From the NCBI GenBank assembly GCA_902478935.1, contig CABSMV010000001.1, forward strand, positions 1 to 43,107: DNA of 43,107 bases, given 5' to 3'. This DNA is from an uncultured Collinsella sp. (lineage in GTDB: Bacteria > Actinomycetota > Coriobacteriia > Coriobacteriales > Coriobacteriaceae). Both the position numbers and the translations under genes were made by a program. Below are positions 39,098 to 43,107 of this stretch, piece by piece. Numbering within the stretch: the stretch's first letter is position 1; each line of letters begins with the position of its first letter. The notes under the pieces are model-generated. The model had not been told where the DNA came from. It worked only from the letters and a program-made list of their open reading frames with translations, and searched no databases.

Positions 39098-41868
39098 CGC
39101 CCATGGATCAGGACCGCCAAAACAGCCAACGCCGCGACGCGCGGAACACGGAGCGCGAGCAGGATTTTACGACCTACCGCACTGCCCAAAGCTCAAACGA
39201 CATGGTGCCGACGGTGTTTCGCCGTGGTGTCTACCGCACGATTCGCGGCAGCCTCAAACGCTTCTTGTCCATCGTCGTGATCACTGCGCTCGGCGTGAGC
39301 GTGATGTGCGGCCTCAAGGCGGGTTGCGAGGATCTGTGCGATTCGGTCGACGCTTACTTTGACCAGCAGAATGTTTATGACATTAACGTGCAGTCGACCT
39401 ATGGTCTGACCGATGACGATCTTGCTGCGATCCAAGAGGTCGATGGCGTCGAAACGGCCGAGGGCATCTACACCGAGACCGCCTACACCGCCGTGGGCAC
39501 AACGCGCGAGCGCGTGGTCGTGCAAAGTCTCTCCAAGGAGAACATCGATCAGCCAGTGCTCGTGAACGGCGATTTGCCCGAGAGCGCCGATGAGGTCGCG
39601 GTGACTTCGAAGTTCCTGAAGGCTTCGGGCAAAAAGCTCGGCGATACGGTGAGTTTTGCCGCCAATGACGCGAGCTCGTCGAACCAAAGCGCCAAGGATC
39701 AGTTTGCCGCGGGCGATTACACCATTACGGCCGAGGTCCTCGATCCCACTGATGTGAGCTCCGACTCGACAGTCAACGCCTTTCGCGCTGCTTCGGCGGC
39801 GGACTATAAGTTCTATGTGAGCGAGGACGCCGCGACATCTTCTTCCTACTCCGCGGTCCACGTGATCGTCGAGGGAGCCAAGAGCCTCAACTCCTATTCG
39901 GATGCCTACGCGGCAAAGATCAACAAGGTCAAGGACAATATCGAGAAGATCCGCGAGGAGCGTGAGAAGGCGCGCGCTCAGGAGCTGACAGTCGACACGC
40001 CGGCAAGCTTAGATGCGGCTGAGCGCCAGGCGAATATGCTCTTTGGGATTGAACAGGGCAACATCAACCGCATGGCAGAGGGCAGTGAGGAGCGCGTGCA
40101 AGCGCAGGCCGACCTGGACCAGCGTCGCGCCGCCGCCGACCAGCAGTTTGCCGATGCCCGCGCCGAGCTCTCTGACCTGGGCGAATGCACCTGGTACATC
40201 CAGGACCGCGGCAATATCGCAAGTTACTCGAGCGTGGAGAGCGATAGCTCGTCAATTGAAGCCATCGCCACGGTGTTCCCGTTCATCTTCTTTATCGTCG
40301 CCGTGCTCATCAGCCTCACTACCGCCACGCGTATGGTCGAGGAGGAGCGCACGCTCATTGGCCTGTACAAGGCGCTCGGCTACTCGCGCGAGCGCATCCT
40401 GTCCAAATACGTGGACTATGCGCTGTGGGCGTGCCTGATCGGCGGCGTGCTCGGCAATATCATCGGATTTGTGGGCCTGCCGCTGTTCCTGTTTACGGTG
40501 TTCGACGACATGTACTCGCTGCCCCAGATGCTGCTTTCGTACGATATCGTGTCGTCGCTCGTGTCGGTGGCGCTGTTTGCCGTGGGCGTGGTGGGCGCCA
40601 CGATTATCGCCTGCCGCCACGAGATGGCCGAGACCCCTGCCTCGCTCATGCGTCCCAAGGCCCCGCGCGCCGGCTCGCGCATCTTGCTCGAGCGCATCGG
40701 CTTTATCTGGCGCCGCATGGGCTTTTTGAACAAGGTGGCAGCACGTAACCTGTTCCGCTACAAAAAGCGCGCCTTTATGACCATCTTTGGCATCGCGGGC
40801 TGTACGGCGCTTGTGATTTGCGGCATGGGCATCCGCGATACGTCGGTGGCGCTTTCGCCCAAGCAGTACGGGCATATCACGCGCTATGACCTGCTGGCGG
40901 TTGCCAATCCCGACGATTTTTCGCAGACGTGCGCGGCATTGGATGAGCGAAGCGCAGCCAAGGATTCCGACGTGACCGTGACTTCGACGCTGCCGATTAT
41001 GACCGACAACGTCACCTTTACATTTGGCGGCAAGAGCGAGACCGTGCAGCTGATCGTGGTGCCCGATGACCGCACGAACGACCTGGACGACTACGTGCGT
41101 CTCGAGGATGAGTCCAAAGAGCCTCTATCTTTGCGCGACGGAGATGTGTATCTGAGCAAGAGTTCACAGCTGGTACTGGGGATTCAACCGGGCGATACGG
41201 CACACGTCCAGGATTCGTCGCTCAACGTAGCCAAGGTCAAAGTCAGCGACATTTCGCTCAACTATCTGGGCAACACGCTTTACATGACGCAGGGCACCTA
41301 TGAGCGCGCGTTCGGTCGAAGCGCGCGCCTTAACGGCGTCTTTGTGCTGCTTAAGGGCTCGTCGGCCGATCAGATTGCGTTTAGCAAGAAGCTTAAGAGC
41401 GACGGTTGGCTCACCATCTCGAGCATGGCTGAACATTGGCAGAACTTCGAGGCGAACTTCACTATCATCAATTCCGTCGTGGTGCTCGTGACCTTTATGG
41501 CGGCGTGCCTATCGTTTGTGGTGGTGTTTACGCTGTCCAACACGAATATCTCCGAGCGCGAGCGCGAGCTGGCGACCATCAAGGTGCTGGGCTTCCGCCG
41601 TGGCGAGGTGCACCACTACGTCAACAAGGAGACGTTGATCCTCACGGCGATCGGCGCTGCGCTGGGCGTGCCGCTGGGCGGCTTGCTGGCCGAGAGCTTT
41701 ACCTACATTTTGCAGATGCCGTCGCTGTACTTTGACGTCGAGGTCGAGCCACTGAGCTACGTGCTCGCCGTGCTGCTGGCCTTTGGCTTTACGTTTATCG
41801 TCAACCTCGCCACCAATCGTACCCTCAACAAGATCGACATGGTCGGCGCCCTCAAGAGCGCCGAGTAG
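39091..41868 (+). CDS. FtsX-like ABC permease (tandem FtsX domains)
   Basis: RMVEEERTLIGLYKALGY and NISERERELATIKVLGF motifs with two extracellular domains. The start is uncertain (39091, 39103 or later). Confidence 0.92.
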
Positions 41869-41918
41869 CCTGCCAAAAAGGGACAGGTTTATTTTGGCAG
41901 GTTTTATCTGGGCAAACG
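41869..41918 (+). repeat. 13-nt-loop hairpin repeat / terminator
   Basis: CCTGCCAAAA-AGGGACAGGTTTA-TTTTGGCAGG-TTTT immediately after the permease stop. Confidence 0.85.
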
Positions 41919-41984
41919 CCGGGCAGCCTATAGGTGGCCCGGCGTTTGCCCCGTTTTGCTGGGGATGTTTGTCGTTCGGTGCTC

Positions 41985-42305
41985 TTACTGGCCAATCCAG
42001 TGTTGCGCATAGCTCTTAATGTCCTCGGTAAAACCGTCAAGGTCGTCGAGGGCGATTACGCTGTCGATAAGCAAATTGGCTATCTCGCGGTGCATTGTGC
42101 TGCGGCGAATGTCGTTTGCAATTACGCCTGAGGACAGCTTGTCTCTATTGAGGCGCTCTTCTAGTGCCCAAAATCTACTGGACGCTTCACTGTCGCCGTT
42201 CAGCATCTCAACGTACTGGCCGATGAGCTTTTCCATATAACGTTCTTGCCATTGAGGAAGCATTTTCTTAAACAGCTTCCAGTCGCTTTCGGCTACGTCC
42301 CGCAT
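41985..42305 (-). CDS. Small hypothetical protein (106 aa)
   Basis: MRDVAESDWKLFKKMLPQWQERYMEKL...; GGAGGA RBS; natural-looking helical composition; function not recognised. Confidence 0.75.
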   Translation of the reverse strand: MRDVAESDWKLFKKMLPQWQERYMEKLIGQYVEMLNGDSEASSRFWALEERLNRDKLSSGVIANDIRRSTMHREIANLLIDSVIALDDLDGFTEDIKSYAQHWIGQ

Positions 42306-42423
42306 ATGTCCTCCGCTCGTCAAACGGGCTTTCCATTTGCCTTTCATTCTATTTGGTTTTCGCTCGCAGGCGTGGATGAGAGGCTCTCTTTAGCCTTCGA
42401 GATTGGGCTTGAATGGGCCGTAT

Positions 42424-42583
42424 GCCACAAAACGGGCCTATCTACTACGTTTAATTGGATGTCCTCAACCATGCCGGGGAAACGAAAAATAAAACCGCAG
42501 GTAGAAGACCTGTCGATTTTCGAAAAAGGCGGTCATGGTTGGCCCCTTCGGGCTAAACGTAGTAGATGGCCCCATTTCGTGGC
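42424..42583. repeat. Imperfect long inverted repeat with central AATAAAACCGCAGGT core
   Basis: ATCTACTACGTTTA/TAAACGTAGTAGAT and CAACCATG/CATGGTTG arm pairs; the core is identical to that at 10306-10320. Confidence 0.7.
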
Positions 42584-42764
42584 GGACCATCAAACGAACA
42601 CCGATGCTTGTGCTGTAGCCGCTCCGATCATACGTAAGTTGCGGTGGAATAGTTCCTAGATTCAGCCATTTGCGGGCTAAGCAGGAACTATTTCACCGCA
42701 ACTGAATTTCAGGCCAGGCACCCGCAGCAAGAAGACGAATAACCTCGGCGAGTATGTAAACGCA

Positions 42765-42861
42765 GGGCCCTCCGACCCCGCCCGACGATTTCGATTGGCG
42801 ACCTTTGACGGAGTCAAGGGAGGAGCCAAATCGAAATACGTCGGGCGGGGTCGGAGGGCCC
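42765..42861 (-). repeat. 97-bp rod-like hairpin downstream of pfkA
   Basis: 23-bp perfect outer stem GGGCCCTCCGACCCCGCCCGACG, followed by ATTTCGATT/AATCGAAAT and an apical stem. Confidence 0.8.
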
Positions 42862-42884
42862 GATGGGATGGATTTCGGCCGAGG

Positions 42885-43094
42885 CTATTCGTCGCCGAAG
42901 CTGATGCCCAACGCCTTGGCCTCGCGCACCAGATCGCTCTGGGGGTCGACATACTTGAGCTTGCCGGCGACCTCCTCGAGCGGCATGTGGCACATCTTTC
43001 CATCGCGCAGGGCAATCATGTAGCCAAACTCGCCGCGCAGGCAGCCCAGTGCCGCCTCGACGCCGCACTGGGTCGCAAAGATGCGGTCCTGGGC
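42885..43094 (-). CDS. pfkA: 6-phosphofructokinase, C-terminal part (truncated by contig end)
   Basis: Manual translation gives AQDRIFATQCGVEAALGCLRGEFGYMIALRDGKMCHMPLEEVAGKLKYVDPQSDLVREAKALGISFGDE*, which matches PfkA-family C-termini. Confidence 0.82.
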   Translation of the reverse strand, partial: AQDRIFATQCGVEAALGCLRGEFGYMIALRDGKMCHMPLEEVAGKLKYVDPQSDLVREAKALGISFGDE

Positions 43095-43107
43095 CTGTCT
43101 CTTATAC
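43095..43107 (-). other. Nextera/Tn5 mosaic-end adapter remnant (library artefact)
   Basis: CTGTCTCTTATAC is the reverse complement of positions 1-13; it interrupts pfkA. Confidence 0.93.

Noticed and set aside
42677..43068. ORF-track calls 42677-43015 and 42814-43068
   Set aside because: They are wrong frames overlapping the true pfkA C-terminus (42885-43094).

Overview
A 43.1-kb, GC-rich bacterial chromosomal contig. Gene content, codon style and intergenic repeats suggest Coriobacteriia (Collinsella-like); this is an inference, not a database result. Both ends carry 13-nt Nextera/Tn5 mosaic-end adapter remnants. It is mostly housekeeping and carbohydrate metabolism: partial galK with a LacI regulator, fprA, a DeoR regulator with a class II aldolase, a MutT(NUDIX)-Vsr fusion, a BceAB-like ABC pair, DAHP synthase, MarR with a heterodimeric ABC exporter, pyruvate formate-lyase, a sucrose/fructo-oligosaccharide PTS locus, degV, pflA, mtnN, engB, thrB/thrC/lysC/asd, ogt, an OmpR/CiaRH-like two-component system with an ABC/FtsX pair, and partial pfkA. 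I saw no transposase, integrase, CRISPR, tRNA or rRNA. The most interesting signals are: (1) four 123-130 bp rod-like hairpins whose stems differ in sequence while their internal-loop motifs are conserved, each lying in sense orientation just after a stop codon; (2) a PFL split into a 683-aa catalytic chain and a separate 83-aa glycyl-radical chain with its own RBS and a candidate palindrome-embedded promoter; (3) an orphan MutT-Vsr fusion; (4) a second hairpin family with variable stems and a fixed 13-nt RGGGAC loop, two copies of which bracket an ABC gene pair as 34-bp inverted repeats; and (5) further MITE-like inverted-repeat elements.
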